A DNA stretch of 64,000 nt from Priapulus caudatus. Its lineage: Eukaryota. A program made the position numbers and the translations under genes. The first letter of the stretch is position 1, and each line of letters starts with the position of its first letter. Of this stretch, positions 43,590 to 57,055 are shown one piece after another. The stretch is taken from NCBI RefSeq assembly GCF_000485595.1, contig NW_014577076.1, forward strand, positions 471,674-535,673. Reading direction: 5' to 3'. Under the pieces are notes generated by a model that saw nothing but the letters and a program-made list of their open reading frames with translations, ran no database searches and was not told the DNA's origin.

Positions 43590-44010
43590 GGAGAGAAAGA
43601 GAACGAGGAGAGAAAGAGAGGGGGAGAGCGAGAGCAAGAGAGAGAAAGAGAGAGAGAGAAAAAGAGAGAGAGAGAGAGAGAAAGAGAGAGGGAAAAGAGA
43701 GAGATAGATAGATAAAGAGGTTAGAGAGAGAGATAGATAGATAAAGAGGTTAGAGAGAGAGATNNNNNNNNNNNNNNNNNNNNNNNNNNNNNNNNNNNNN
43801 NNNNNNNNNNNNNNNNNNNNNNNNNNNNNNNNNNNNNNNNNNNNNNNNNNNNNNNNNNNNNNNNNNNNNNNNNNNNNNNNNNNNNNNNNNNNNNNNNNNN
43901 NNNNNNNNNNNNNNNNNNNNNNNNNNNNNNNNNNNNNNNNNNNNNNNNNNNNNNNNNNNNNNNNNNNNNNNNNNNNNNNNNNNNNNNNNNNNNNNNNNNN
44001 NNNNNNNNNN

Positions 44011-44055
<45 letters not shown>
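43590..44055. repeat. (GA)n/(GATA)n microsatellite containing assembly gap 43764-44010
   Basis: Direct reading; N run. Confidence 0.95.
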
Positions 44056-44059
<4 letters not shown>

Positions 44060-45487
44060 GAGAAATCCCTAAGCAATCTTCGAGGAATGCATGCCGTTAT
44101 CCGGATCTACATGACAACTCTGCCAATCATGTCGTATCACGGCTACCGCTTGCATTCTGCTACGCTAGCTGTCGCTGCAGTGCAGGCGTAAATTTTTATT
44201 CGTAACTTGAGTGATTCATAGGCACTTCTGCACAAGACGCTAGCAACGTGAAGTAACACGAAGTGACGTCACTCTCGTGCCATCACTCGTGATGGTATTC
44301 ACTTCAGAACAAGCTACCGTGGGGGGGTACCCAACGAAACAAGTTACAAAAGACGAACGTAATAGGGAAACCAATAAGGAATTTAACGCGCGGTGGTGTT
44401 AAAATAAGCACATGGAAAGTGCAGTTCTTAACTATACCCAATGATAATAATAATAATAATAATAATAATGACGATGATGTATCATCTACTAATGAATACC
44501 AACTAGATAAATATATGATAAACATTTAGGGGCATGCACCCATTACGTATCTAAAATAAAATTAAGTGCGCAACACGGGTTGTTAATTATGATGTAAATG
44601 CCCATTACTAGACAGGACTTATTGCAGGGAAATAACCTACGAATGACATTTCACATAATTCCCCGTGGAATTAAAACTCAATATAAATCAGGAAGAATAT
44701 CCTTCTATTACTCACTGCTACAACGATGATAAAAACTTTAAAACTGATATTTATAGAGCCCTTAATTGCTTCTAGTTGCTTGCCTTGTGGGAAAAGGCCC
44801 AACATCAGAACTAATAACAGATAACATCTACTACAATATACTTATCAACCAAAATAATGAACTTAAACAGGCAGAACGTGAGTATAGCCTATTCTCTAAT
44901 GTTTTCTTTAATTGTAGCCTATTCTCTAGTGTTTTCGGTAAATGTAACAGAATAAATTAAATTTCTATTTAATTCTAGAATGAGAAGTGGTTAACCAGAA
45001 CATCGCGAGATTAGAATTAGACATGGGATTTAACTTTTGAAAATTATTGCAGTTGATCGCCATATCACGTGCATATATTCCTCGTACCATGAAATCAAAC
45101 TGGGGAACAAAGATGCAGCATGATCGCAGTGAGAGGCTATACGGTTTATATTGTCAGATTAACATAATTCCGCGCAGAAATCGAAACGCAGCAGTGTGGT
45201 AACTTTCGCTGGTAGTGGTAGACTTCGGCTTTAGCGCTGTGGGCAAACGTGCTATAATCACACTTTACATTAATTACGAGCGCTCCAGGAACGCCTCAAT
45301 CTATTCAAGATTAAGAACACGAGCACGACACGGGCTACTGGGATACATACTATCAAGAGCGCGTATAAAGAAGGCAAATTATCACTTGTACTATGGCTTA
45401 TCACGACTACGTAGGTTCACAGCTAAAGGAGTTATGAGATAGAGGAAGTTAGAACTATCTATTCATGATGGAAAACTGAATCAGTAT

Positions 45488-45697
45488 GTGAGTGAGTGAG
45501 TGAGTGAGTGTGTGAGTAAGTGAGTGTGGGTGTGAGTGAGTGAGTGAGTGAGTGAGTGAGTGAGTGAGTGAGTGAGTGAGTGAGTGAGTGAGTGAGTGAG
45601 TGAGTGAGTGAGTGAGTGAGTGAGTGATCGTGAGTGAGTGAGTGAGTGAGTGAGTGAGTGAGTGAGTGATCGTGAGTGAGTGAGTGAGTGAGTGAGT
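45488..45697. repeat. (GAGT)n microsatellite
   Basis: Direct reading. Confidence 0.95.
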
Positions 45698-48600
45698 AAT
45701 ACCGAACGCACTGATAGAGTCATGCAATGATGACCATCACGTGACCACTAATGTGCACAGTTAGCAATTACATTTATTACAGCTATTACATTTATTGAAC
45801 CTGAGATTGATTCCGGGTTTATTGTGCCACAGGTGTTATTTAGACATGCCATATTTGATAAACAATACAGTACTGCTGATTTTAGCTGAAACTAATGAAC
45901 TGGCACCTTGGGCATGCAGTTGATCATGACATCTATTATATTTAAATGATGAGCAAACTTGTGCAGGTCATATATGCTTGTTTTAAACAATCGACACTAT
46001 AAATATATTATATATATATGGTTAATTTAACTAAGATCTGGTTAGAAATGTATACTGATCAACTAGCAACTAAAAATTTACTGGATTCATTGCAATGTTG
46101 CTTACAATCTCAACTGAATTTACAAAAGTTTCATGAACATATTTTCCTGAATACATCCAACAATATTGAAAATGGCCTAAAAAGAAGCCGCTTAAAAGGT
46201 TTGGCAGTGAACTGGATAATTGCGGTACAAACAACACCCCTGGGCACATTTACCTCAGGAGTTAGGCTTTCAAAGCAATTCTGTTTTTCACAGTTTTACT
46301 CGGTGTGATGACGTTGAAATGCAGTCTACTGTAAACCGACATAGTCAAAAGGTTCTCAGCTGGTTCACGGCAGATAATGAACATCAAATTTCGCCCCTGT
46401 AAAATCAGTACACGTACGCTGGGTGTAACGCCAGAGGCCGCCACATCAGCGCATCTGTTCATGTTAACTGAAGGCGAACGGATATAGAAGTACCGGTTAT
46501 TTGAAGATATAGCACTCAAACTAGCATTTAAAATAGTTGCGCACACGCCGATGCGCATGCACACACAAGCGTTGCGCACGCGCACGCATAAAACCTTTGC
46601 ATCTACTGCAAACACGTCACGTACATTCATGTGCTTTGTTTAGTTCATTGATTCTAATAATGTTATAATGTTACGACCGATTGACACTTTACAGACTTTG
46701 ATCCACCGACACGAAATGTCCACAAAATAACCTTTTCTTCTGTTGTGTGCAGATATGATCTTTTTGTCTGAAAACAATTTACTTCCGTGCACCACACAGC
46801 CAAGCAAACCCATAATCTGCTATCATCAAATCACGTAATTACGTAACAGTGACGATTTCTTTCAGAAATACACTCTTAGAGCGCTCTGCAAGCTAGCTCT
46901 CCCCACACTGTGTGCATTGATTAATTTAACCCCATGTAGCATGATTACGCTGATTAGCAATTACAACTATTTTCATAATAATACTTATCAAGATTATATT
47001 TGTAAGTTATATATCATCACAGCTAGTACAGATAGGCTTCACTATACGCTATCGGTTAAACTATGCATGCGCCACATAGTGACGGCGTTCATGTGACATA
47101 CTGCTCTACTGCTACGGTTGTACTATTATTACTACTGTTGCTGCTGCTCCTGTTGCTATGACTACTGACAGCGCAAAACAAGGAAAAAATGATGTGCGTA
47201 GTTGCGAAGCATAAAGGACAATTACATGCAGAGCTTATAGACAGTAATCAGCATAGAAAATATTGGGTTAGAGAGCAATAAGCAGTTGATCGCGAATTGA
47301 CGAACCAATTTTTAAACGGAAATGTAGCACGTGATCACGTTAGATGGTAGTGGATTGTACAGGCTTCAGCAGTAAACACCCGCAAACACACCGGCATCTC
47401 CACTTGGGAGCCAGCCTTCTTTACGTTGCCACTTAAAAATACTTACAGACAGATTTTGCACAGACAGTAACAATAAACAAGTGCTGCACCATTTATTTCG
47501 TTGCCTACCTGCCACTAATTCATTGTGTGGCTGCTGATGTTCTACCATCTGCTACTACAGCGATGACAATACACACATTATTAGAAAGGAAAGAATTATT
47601 TTCGAGTTGTGAGAACTGCAGACGCCTGTATAACATGATAGCAACTACCAAACAAAAAAAGAAGTAATGATCGACTACATGCTTTCTGACTGAGGACATT
47701 CTTGCCTCACTGTGTCGCTATATTTTTAATACGACCACCGCATGTGTCTTCTTTCCTGAGACATTACAAGCAGGCAATCCGAGATTAGCTCTTCCCTGCT
47801 GGATTAAGTCCGTGGGGGAGTCTTCGCCAAGTAGTAGAAAATACATTTCATGCTTCCTTTGGTGATGTAATAACATTAGTTTCACTTCATTTCATGGTGA
47901 AACAAGTTTCTCGGTGCGTCTGTCAAACCATGTCAATGTCATAAAAAAAAACTCTGAAGCTACCATTTTTCTCTTGACTTTTAAACCATTGATCTCCATG
48001 TCCGAACTTATAACCCATTTTTCCATTTATATCACCATCCAATATAAAAGCACCACGTGACATCTTATCCATCAAGATGTCGTAAACAAAAATGTTTCAT
48101 TTAGGACTCCTCTAAAAGAAAAATGGGTCACAAGACAACTAATTTGCATATATATGCGCATCCATAGAAACACACATTCACATTTAACAATCACGTTTAT
48201 AATGAAATCAAAACCGGACTATTTTTCCAGTAATGAGCAAACATTCATAAGTAATATAAAGACCATAGCTGAAGCCAATTTTGTGCTTTTGACATCGTGT
48301 GATGTACCCCGACCTTGAGAGGAAATCGAAAATGTGCCCTATAATATCCACTGACATACACCAGCTGACTATTTGCGGATTGTATCACTACATGCCAAAT
48401 GTAAACAGTAGCGAGTCATGAAGCCATTTATATTTGCACCAACATCGCCGATAAATCCAGGGAAGCAGACACGTTACAGGCTTGATCTAATCAGCTTAGA
48501 CTAGCTGCAAATGTAACGTAAATGTATCTAGGCAATGGAGCTTTCCATCCAGGATGGAACACTCCGGCTAAGCGGTGTTAATGCTACAGAAAGAGCAACC

Positions 48601-48911
48601 TTTAAAAATCACGTCGAAGCAGATTTCGAGGGTGAGCCTATAGAGATTTCAAGAGGTGCACCTATTTTAGGCACTACTTTACAGAAAAATCACAAGGCCC
48701 ATCAAGTTTGCTAGCGGAGCCAAACAAGTTTGCAATTAATGCACCAGGGCTAGACAATGCAACCCCACACGTTTACTTCTAATGCTGGGTTATGGCCCAG
48801 TATCATTATCAAATGAATGATGGAACAAAGCTACTAACTAGCTATGTCAGATGAGATGTGAATATTCAAACATTCATCTTGTTCATTATTGACGAGTGAA
48901 TAAAGTGAATG

Positions 48912-48914
<3 letters not shown>

Positions 48915-48967
<53 letters not shown>

Positions 48968-49180
48968 ACCTCCTCTCCCCTTCTCCCTTCTCCATCTCGT
49001 CCATCGTCTCGCATCTCTCCACTCTCCCTCTCTCCCTCGTCCGCCCTCTCTCCCTCTCCCCTCTCCCTCTCTCTCTCTCCCTCTCTCTTGCTCTCATGCT
49101 CTCTCTCTTCGTCTCGTCTCTCTCTCCCCTCGCTCTCTCCGTCCCCTCGCTCTCTCTCTCCCTCCCCCCCCTCTCGGCTG

Positions 49181-49264
<84 letters not shown>

Positions 49265-49318
49265 TCTCTCTCACTCACTCACTCTTTCTCTATCTATCTA
49301 TCTCTCTCTATCTATCTA
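48915..49318. repeat. (CT)n microsatellite with degenerate centre
   Basis: Direct reading. Confidence 0.95.
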
Positions 49319-52110
49319 CAGCAAATAAAATACCGTACAATCATTGAGCCATTCGCAAAGATTCATGAGGAATTCAATTTTTGCCATACAAAATTCCACT
49401 CGTTTTATTTAGCCAACCTTAATCTGAGGCCTTATATTTTGAAGAATTTCTATCTACAGTTTGTTTACATCTTCAGCAAGAGCAACACATCATTAGTTCT
49501 GTCGCCGGCAACACATGCTGGCACTGCCCTTACAGTAATTTTCCATTCCCTGGTCACTTCAGCAGTGCTTCCGTTAATTTAGGTGACATATAAACGACAA
49601 CTTACTAAACTGCAAGACTAACTTGGGCAAAAAAGCACGCTTTTAAGTCTGCCCTAAAACCCATTGCGCCAGTACGCCTGGATAGGCTGATGCACCCGAG
49701 AACCCATATTGGCAATTATGTCACTGCAAATGGCAATCAGGAAGTAGATTAAGAGTGATGCGGCCTCATTTGCAAGCAAATGCTTCTGCAGCTGAGCACA
49801 GCCTACTTCCTGAGGTGCCGAGCTGATGATAATAGCTCCCACAAGCAATCTGATTGCATGACATGTGCAGCCACTGATTTAGTGATGGCAGCAAATTCGC
49901 AGCCAATACAACATGTTCGCACGTCCTAATGAGACTCCGGGGACGGAAAGCCAAGTGAATCTAGCAGCAATAAGTCATTACACCACTCTCTAACAGATCT
50001 GTTCGTTGATAAATGTCTGGCATACACTTTCTATACCGATTTCCCCATTTCGTGGTTAAATTTATACCCATTTCCACATTCCATCACGTAGCCATGAAAA
50101 TAAGGTTCCCTTTTGCATTTAGATCAATGTGGCACTATTTATCAGACATACATATTTTGATATAATGTTTTAAGAAACTGCTCGCATGCAAAACAAAGTT
50201 GGTTTTTATCTTAAATGTAAATAGTTTCATGTCAATTAATTTATGCATATTTATGAGGCATATTATTATAAATAATTATGCACACAATGCTTACTACTCC
50301 AGATGCATTGATTTACAGCTTTAATTATTGTTGTCCTTTAACTTTCACTTCATACTGCAAAATGTTTAGGTATTTGTGAAACCTGCTAAAGCTACAATTG
50401 TGCAGTGTTTGTATTTCAGTCATACCAGCCAACAAAAGGATAACCTGGTTGGTTTAGTGGTATTTATTTGCTGCAAAATCTTCTTTGAATGTTATGGCTA
50501 GGGGCATTTCCAGGAACAGGAAAAGATTAGAGTGGAAGTGGAAAACAAAAAGTGGAAAGTGGAAAACATGCTAAGCTACTATTGTATAGCAGTATAAGCA
50601 TCTCACTGGCAAAAGCCAAGAAAAGCCAGAGGATAGCTTACTACATGTTCAGAATTAAATTTGAGCTTGGTGCCCCACTATTAAACTAAGATTTAAGAAA
50701 GATATAGACACAAACCCACATTGTTGTAGAGGAATTGTACAAATACATGGACAAAACAGATTATACATCAATACACACGAACAGAGATGTGTTGCTATCT
50801 CTGTTAGCTTGATAACCAATTAAGTGACGAGTAATTTCCTTAGCCAAACACAAGCGGACCATGATAATGCCAGTTGAGTAATTGCAGCAATGGTAACGAA
50901 CATAATATACAATGTAATATATAACTCGTATATTCAATCACAGTCATAACTATAACTATCTTTAGCTATTACTATAAATCTCCCACTCCTCAACATCCCA
51001 CAGAGTCATTTCCATCACGTCGAGCAAAATGTCACGTTACTGTGTAGACTGCTATGGACGCGATACATTACAATCAAAAAGCTTCTATTAGCTGTTGACA
51101 CAATAATATAATGTATAATGCGCATATGCAAGATTTGTGTGGAATTATATACGATGGTGGTTTTTACGTTGATGACCTAAAAGATTTCTAACATCCTTAA
51201 AAGTATGTGCGTATACGTAAGTAGATAAGTATAGCAAGTGAAATGTAATGTTAGCGGACACGAGAAAACTAATTTAATGTTGCTGACATCTAAAAGAGTA
51301 TAGCTGTAAACCAGTATCGATGCCCGTAATAATAAAAAGCAATTAATAACAAGTTCACGAGTCTGTGTGAAGTACTCTCTACTGTCATCTCGGGTGTAAA
51401 TTATGGCCATAAAGGGAACATTCACTTAACAGTTACAAACAACCTAGTTTAAACGGCAGCAGAGTGGCTGTGACAGGCAGTATGGATAATAGGCCAAAAA
51501 TTAGCCACGTCATTTCCGATCATGCTGACAAAAGGGGGGAACTATCACACAGGCACTTGACCGAGTCTAATTAATCACCTCGAGCTGTCTAATGGTGTGG
51601 CCTCATGCGCTTCATCGATATTCTGGCAGCTGAACTCAATTCTGCGGAATAAGGCTTAATGGACTAAATGAAGCGGCAGTAAACTGACGGAAATGGGGCA
51701 TTGCACAATCACAAGGAAATGGCCACCTCCATGCAGTATAGATACGTATGCTTTGGAAGTCACATGAAAGAAATTAATCTACAATTTTACAATATAATAC
51801 TATATATATATCATTTTAAAATCCGCATAGACATTTGTGCCAGAAACACTTTATTACTCTATTATTCATTTAAATAAGTAAAATGGCTAAAATTTATCAT
51901 TTGAGGCCTAGGGATGATTTACTTAATACAACCTATATAATAATATGCTTCAAATTTATCAGTTTTCAAGCTGCCCAAGTAGGAGGTCTCTAGAACTTTT
52001 GCAATACTTTTCGTAATTTTGCTCATGCTTTTTAATAGCAGCAATTTTTAACATTTTAACCAGCGTTTACTTCTACCAAACAATGATAATAGGCTGTTAT
52101 ACACTTTTAC

Positions 52111-53193
52111 AACTAGAAAGGGCAGTTGTCGCCAACTACATGTATCCCCGTGTTCTCCCCAAGATGTGTAAGTATACAAAGTTTGGTCGCGCTAGGTCAA
52201 TTAGGGGCCGAGTTATAGAGCGGAAGGGAAATATGATGAAGGTCAAGGTCAAGGTCAATGTCAACTAAAGGTTGCAGTGACCTGGTTTCGGTACGCAACA
52301 CACCTTCTCCCCAAGATGTGTAAGTATAGCAAGTTTGGTAGTGCTAGGTCAATTAGGGGCCGAGTTATAGAGCGGAAGGGAAATATGATCAACATCAAGG
52401 TAAAGGTCAAATAAAGGTCGCAGTGACCTAGTTTTGGTACGCTGCGCACCTTCTCCCCAAGATGTGTAAGTATACCAAGTTTGGTAGCGCTCTAGGTCAA
52501 TTAGGGGCCGAGTCAGAGAGCGGAAGGGAAATATGATCAAGGTCAAGGTAAAGGTCAAATAAAGGTCGCAGTGACCTGGTTTTGGTACGCTGCTCACCTT
52601 CTCCCCAAGATGTGTAAGTATACCAAGTTTGGTAGCACTAGGTCAATTAGGGGCCCGAGTTAGAGAGCGGAAGGGAAATATGATCAAGGTCAAGGTAAAG
52701 GTCAAATAAAGGTCCCAGTCACCTGGTTTTGATACGCTGCTCACCTTCTCCCCAAGATGTGCAAGTATACCAAGTTTGGTAGCGCTAGGTCAATTAGGGG
52801 TCGAGTTATAGAGTGGAAGGGAAATATGATCAAGGTCAAGGTCAAGGTCAAATAAAGGTCGCAGTGACCTGGTTTTGGTACGCTGCTCACCTTCTCCCCA
52901 AGATGTGCAAGTATACCAAGTTTGGTAGCGCTAGGTCAATTAGGGGCCGAGTTAGAGAGCGGAATGGAAATATGATCAAAGTCAAGGTAAAGGTCAAATA
53001 AAGGTCGCAGTGACCTGGTTTTGATACGCTGCTCACCTTCTCCCCAAGATGTGCAAGTATACCAAGTTTGGGCGCTAGGTCAATTAGGGGTCGAGTTATA
53101 GAGCGGAAGGGAAATTGTCTGCGGCAGCGGCAGCGGCTGGGGAGACATGAAACCATAGTATCTCCGCCGACTTCGTCGCGGGGGATACAATAA
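52111..53193 (-). mobile_element. Non-autonomous Helentron-associated element (HINE/DINE-1-like) carrying a satellite array
   Basis: Left end AACTAG with small hairpin AGTTGtcgcCAACT and subTIR TGTATCCCCG. Right end has a GCGGCA microsatellite, a hairpin and CGGGGGATACAATAA. No TSD. Same ends as the elements at 1.5-14 kb. Confidence 0.8.
52153..53115. repeat. Tandem array of ~146-bp monomers (6 full plus 1 partial)
   Basis: Anchor TTCTCCCCAAGATGTG recurs at 52153, 52305, 52451, 52599, 52746, 52892 and 53038. Confidence 0.95.
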
Positions 53194-53875
53194 GGTGTGT
53201 ATAATTTCATGGATAGTTGCAGTATCAGGTTTTCTGACATTCTAGAAGTTGACGAATATAAAATATTATTTGGTGAAACTATATAAGTGGGATTTAATTG
53301 GTATTATTTACAAAGACATATATCAGCCAGACTGGCAACAACATCCGAGTGTATTTTGGTGGGATAATTTAGAATTATGTGCATCGAAGACAGTGACCAT
53401 TACATCTCGCAATAGATGTCACACTGAACTGCACGTAGTCATGTATAAATATGCACACAGCTGTAACTGGTATGCATTGGCTTCTTCAGCCACTTTTTGT
53501 TTTTAATTTAACTTTCTTGATAGTCTGCATGTATAATTAATTATATAAGTGAGAATGAGGCTGCCATATCTCCTACCAGTAACATGACATTGTGAGGAAA
53601 CAACTCAGTGGCAAAGTCAAAGGAGAAACTCTCACTGCAGACCACGCGCACGCACCCACTGTGACACACTTGCTCACGCTCCCGCCTACTCACGCGCGCG
53701 CATTCACACACACAAACACGCACGCACACACACACACTCATGTACAGCAAATTCTACTCACCCTAGCTATTGCACACCTGCAGCGACACATGTGAATGCA
53801 AACCCGTACTCATCCCACAACTCACACAGCAGTCCCCCACAACAGAAGCGCTGGGTGGAGGAGGGGGCTACTCAC

Positions 53876-54086
53876 CCGGCTTTCGGACGTGTCGGTGCGA
53901 CGGTGGTGGTGGTGGTGTCGGTGATGCTTGTGTCTCCGCCTGTGGTGCCGTCCTCCGCTGCCGTCCCTCGAGTGGTACCTGTCAGCGGAGACATCGCGGC
54001 GGTGCTGCTGGCTGCTGCGGGTCGAGCTGTAGGCGCCGTCCTTGCGCACACTGCTCTGCCTCCCTGCGCGCCGATACCTGTCACTA
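53876..54086 (-). CDS. CLK2/Doa: CLK/Doa coding exon 2 (Arg/Ser/His-rich)
   Basis: Acceptor ttgctttcag, 211 nt, phase 2 to 0. Encodes (S)SDRYRRAGRQSS...RHHRRRHKHHRHHHHHRRTDTSESR. Donor CGG|GTGAGT. Confidence 0.85.
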
Positions 54087-56867
54087 CTGAAAGCAACACA
54101 AACTATAGACAAGACGAGACAGTCAACAGCACGGCCACCGCCTCGCGACAGCACGCCGGCCGCGTCGTCGAAACTGAACTGAAAAAAAACAAATAAATAA
54201 ACAACAGTAGACTGTAGAAGATGCCGCTTCTTTGGTAAAGTGATTAGATCCATTGGATTCTCCAGTGTGGGTTTTAGTCTCCTTTAAAATTTGCAATTAG
54301 TGTAACCATTCTGACTACCATGACATTCAACTCTGAAATACTCTTCCTTGGGTAACACGTGAGCTTTTACCGGCACAGTATCTTACATGTGGATACCACG
54401 TCTACACAAAGAAATCACAGCTCCAAAGAAATATAAGGTTCGTGCATATCACTGAAGCTGCGATCCTGGCAATTTGTACACAGCACAACATCGCCCTACA
54501 CAGAATACAATGAGTCTATTAGTTCCCATTTGCTGCCTAACAAGATCCAACCTGAGTGATAATAGATTTTGAAGCGTGCAGATTTTCTGGCTGCTGCTGT
54601 TTCTGTAGTGTTTATCTGAAAAACTACTAAAACATACAGTATGTGTCTGACGTACTATGTGAGCTGCCACCATGCCGCAGACACTCCTGCTAAAATAACA
54701 CCAATTAAAACCGTAAACTGCGTGTAATCACGTAGCATCCTCGCAACGCTACCACTACCAGAATTGAGAAATGCACTTCAGCCAGCTCTGAACGGTGTCC
54801 ATTGTTCAACCATATTCAAGAAACTGCCAAGTAAATAATACAACCAGGGAGGCATGTGATCCACAGGCTATTTATAAATGTGCCCGAGTTTCAGAGAGGC
54901 TTCATACACCCACGGAGCAGAGCATGTACCAGTAGAGTATTATGTATCAGCACACGTCTCGCGAGCTAGACGGAGGGGAGATCAAGGCAGTATACACCAA
55001 TGCGTTTCATTTTTTCCTGGTCAAATGTCCATTAGCTGAGTAATATCAAAGGAAATTCTCCGTGAACTGTGAATCAACGCATGCAGTTAATAACTTTATA
55101 TTGGTGAAAACATTAGTCCATGTCATGTCTCTGGACTTTCTTCCTATTTTTGCTGATATCAGCCATGTTGCGTGACCTAGTTTTGTCTGCCTATTCAAAT
55201 ATTGAAACATTATAAAATCCAGATTACAACTTATTCCTCAACTCAACTAGTATAAGCGTCATCAAACATTATATCAGTGGGATGTACATGCAAAAATCAT
55301 GGTGTTTTTATATAATTAAAAATCATTCAGAATGCAGAAATTTTGTAAACATTAGTACATCTTGTGCTGGCTGCATAATATTGTTAAAGTTTTTGTATGA
55401 AGACAATAAAATTTCAATACAACTTCCACTAGACATGTTTTAAATTATTTTAACACTACCTCAAACAAACACCTAATGAAAGTAACCGCACGATTCATGA
55501 ATTACTTAGCTTACACGTATTGTTTGCTAGTTGGTAGCGAATTAAGATTAGCTCTAGAATTAGACGTTGTTACGAATACACCAATTTACGAATGAAAACG
55601 TTGTTAACTAACGTTTTTAACACATGGTTAACATAAAACTAATGTTTCTGTTTGTTCCCGGTGCCTCCAGAATTAAGACCAGCTCAGTAATTAATCCATT
55701 CAAACATAACATTAGTAAAGTCACTATGTCAGAGCGGCATGTGAGATACGATTTTACTCTAAAACCTATTATATTTATTACACACGTGATGCATTGCAGA
55801 AAAAACAACGTTTGTAATGTGAAAATCTATAAAGTGATTCGCGTTTTCCCAATGACTTCTAAATTACATAACTGGAGATGCATTCCTACAGAAAATCGTT
55901 TAGCTAAACGATGTACTAGAAAGTCAATTATGAATGCAAGTAAACATTTTTAAATGCATATACCGTTTGTTTAGTTACGTAACACAGTATCAAGATAATT
56001 TTGGTCAGGAATGGAAATTCAGAATTATACGCACTAATACGGAGAGGGAGTGAAGTGGACAAATATCCACTGGCATGCTCAATCAATGTATCATTGTCAG
56101 GTTTGGGTGTTTCAGGCTCTGACCTGGATGCTAAAAACTTATATCTAAAGTTTATTAAAGTTGGTTGTTGTTTACGGCAGATCTTCTCTTTGTGCAGCTC
56201 ACTTTGGCGGATGCGGGTGAGGTCATTGTGAACTGCTATTGCAATAATAGTGGATGCAGGAGAAAGCTCTTATTGCAGGATCACACATTTCATGAACAAA
56301 GAATGTGTAAGCAAAGCTGTTTAATGTGATAACGGTATATTTTAGGAGAGAGGCTAGGTGTAAATTACGTCTCTACAAAATTAAACATGTCAAAGATGAC
56401 CCAGACACACCTTCTGATTTGGCAGCTGGCTGCACATTAATTATATAAATTTTATTTTCTGCAACTGAGAACGTAACGTTTTGTATAACATAACCCGTTT
56501 AATCTCCCGAAAAAATATGTACGAGCGAATTAGAATTTCTTGCAAATTAAGAATTAATAGTTTTAATTTACAAAGTATGTACTGGTGAAGTCACGTAATG
56601 AGGGGTTAGGTAACACTGTATTACTGTACGTGAAATGCCAATTCCTGACAGACATATCAATAGACAGTGGCGCCATCTTTTGAGAAATTTATTATATAAT
56701 GTAGATAATTTTACACATGGCTAACGACCACTAGTGTAACGTCAGTTTCATTAATATTGATACAAATAGCAACAGCAAGGTAAACGTCATGCACCAACTA
56801 GAATACTACGATTGACCAACAAGATTTGGCTCTTTTTTCTTTTATTACCCTATTTAAAAAAACATAC

Positions 56868-57055
56868 CTGCAATGCTTTGTTGATCTCGACTCAAGCCTA
56901 TCACTGGAATGACGTACTCTTCTCCTCTTGCGACTACGGTAGCTGGACAGGCTCGACTCTCTGCTTCGGGAGCGGTAAGCCTGGTGCTGGCTTCGTGACT
57001 TTGACCTATGACGATTTTGGCTGTGACTCTGTGACGTCCTTCTTGACCTTGGCAT
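56868..57055 (-). CDS. CLK2/Doa: CLK/Doa LAMMER kinase, first coding exon (RS-rich N-terminus)
   Basis: ATG at 57055 gives MPRSRRTSQSHSQNRHRSKSRS...RSTKHC. Donor CAG|GTATGT after 56868 is phase 2 and matches the next exon. Candidate 5'UTR acceptors at 57099-57100 (tgttattttag) or 57074-57075. Confidence 0.8.

Noticed and set aside
48886..49582. SL/ER-repeat ORFs
   Set aside because: Microsatellite translations.
52153..53115. Regular repeats resembling a CRISPR array
   Set aside because: Whole monomers repeat with no unique spacers, the context is eukaryotic and there are no cas genes.
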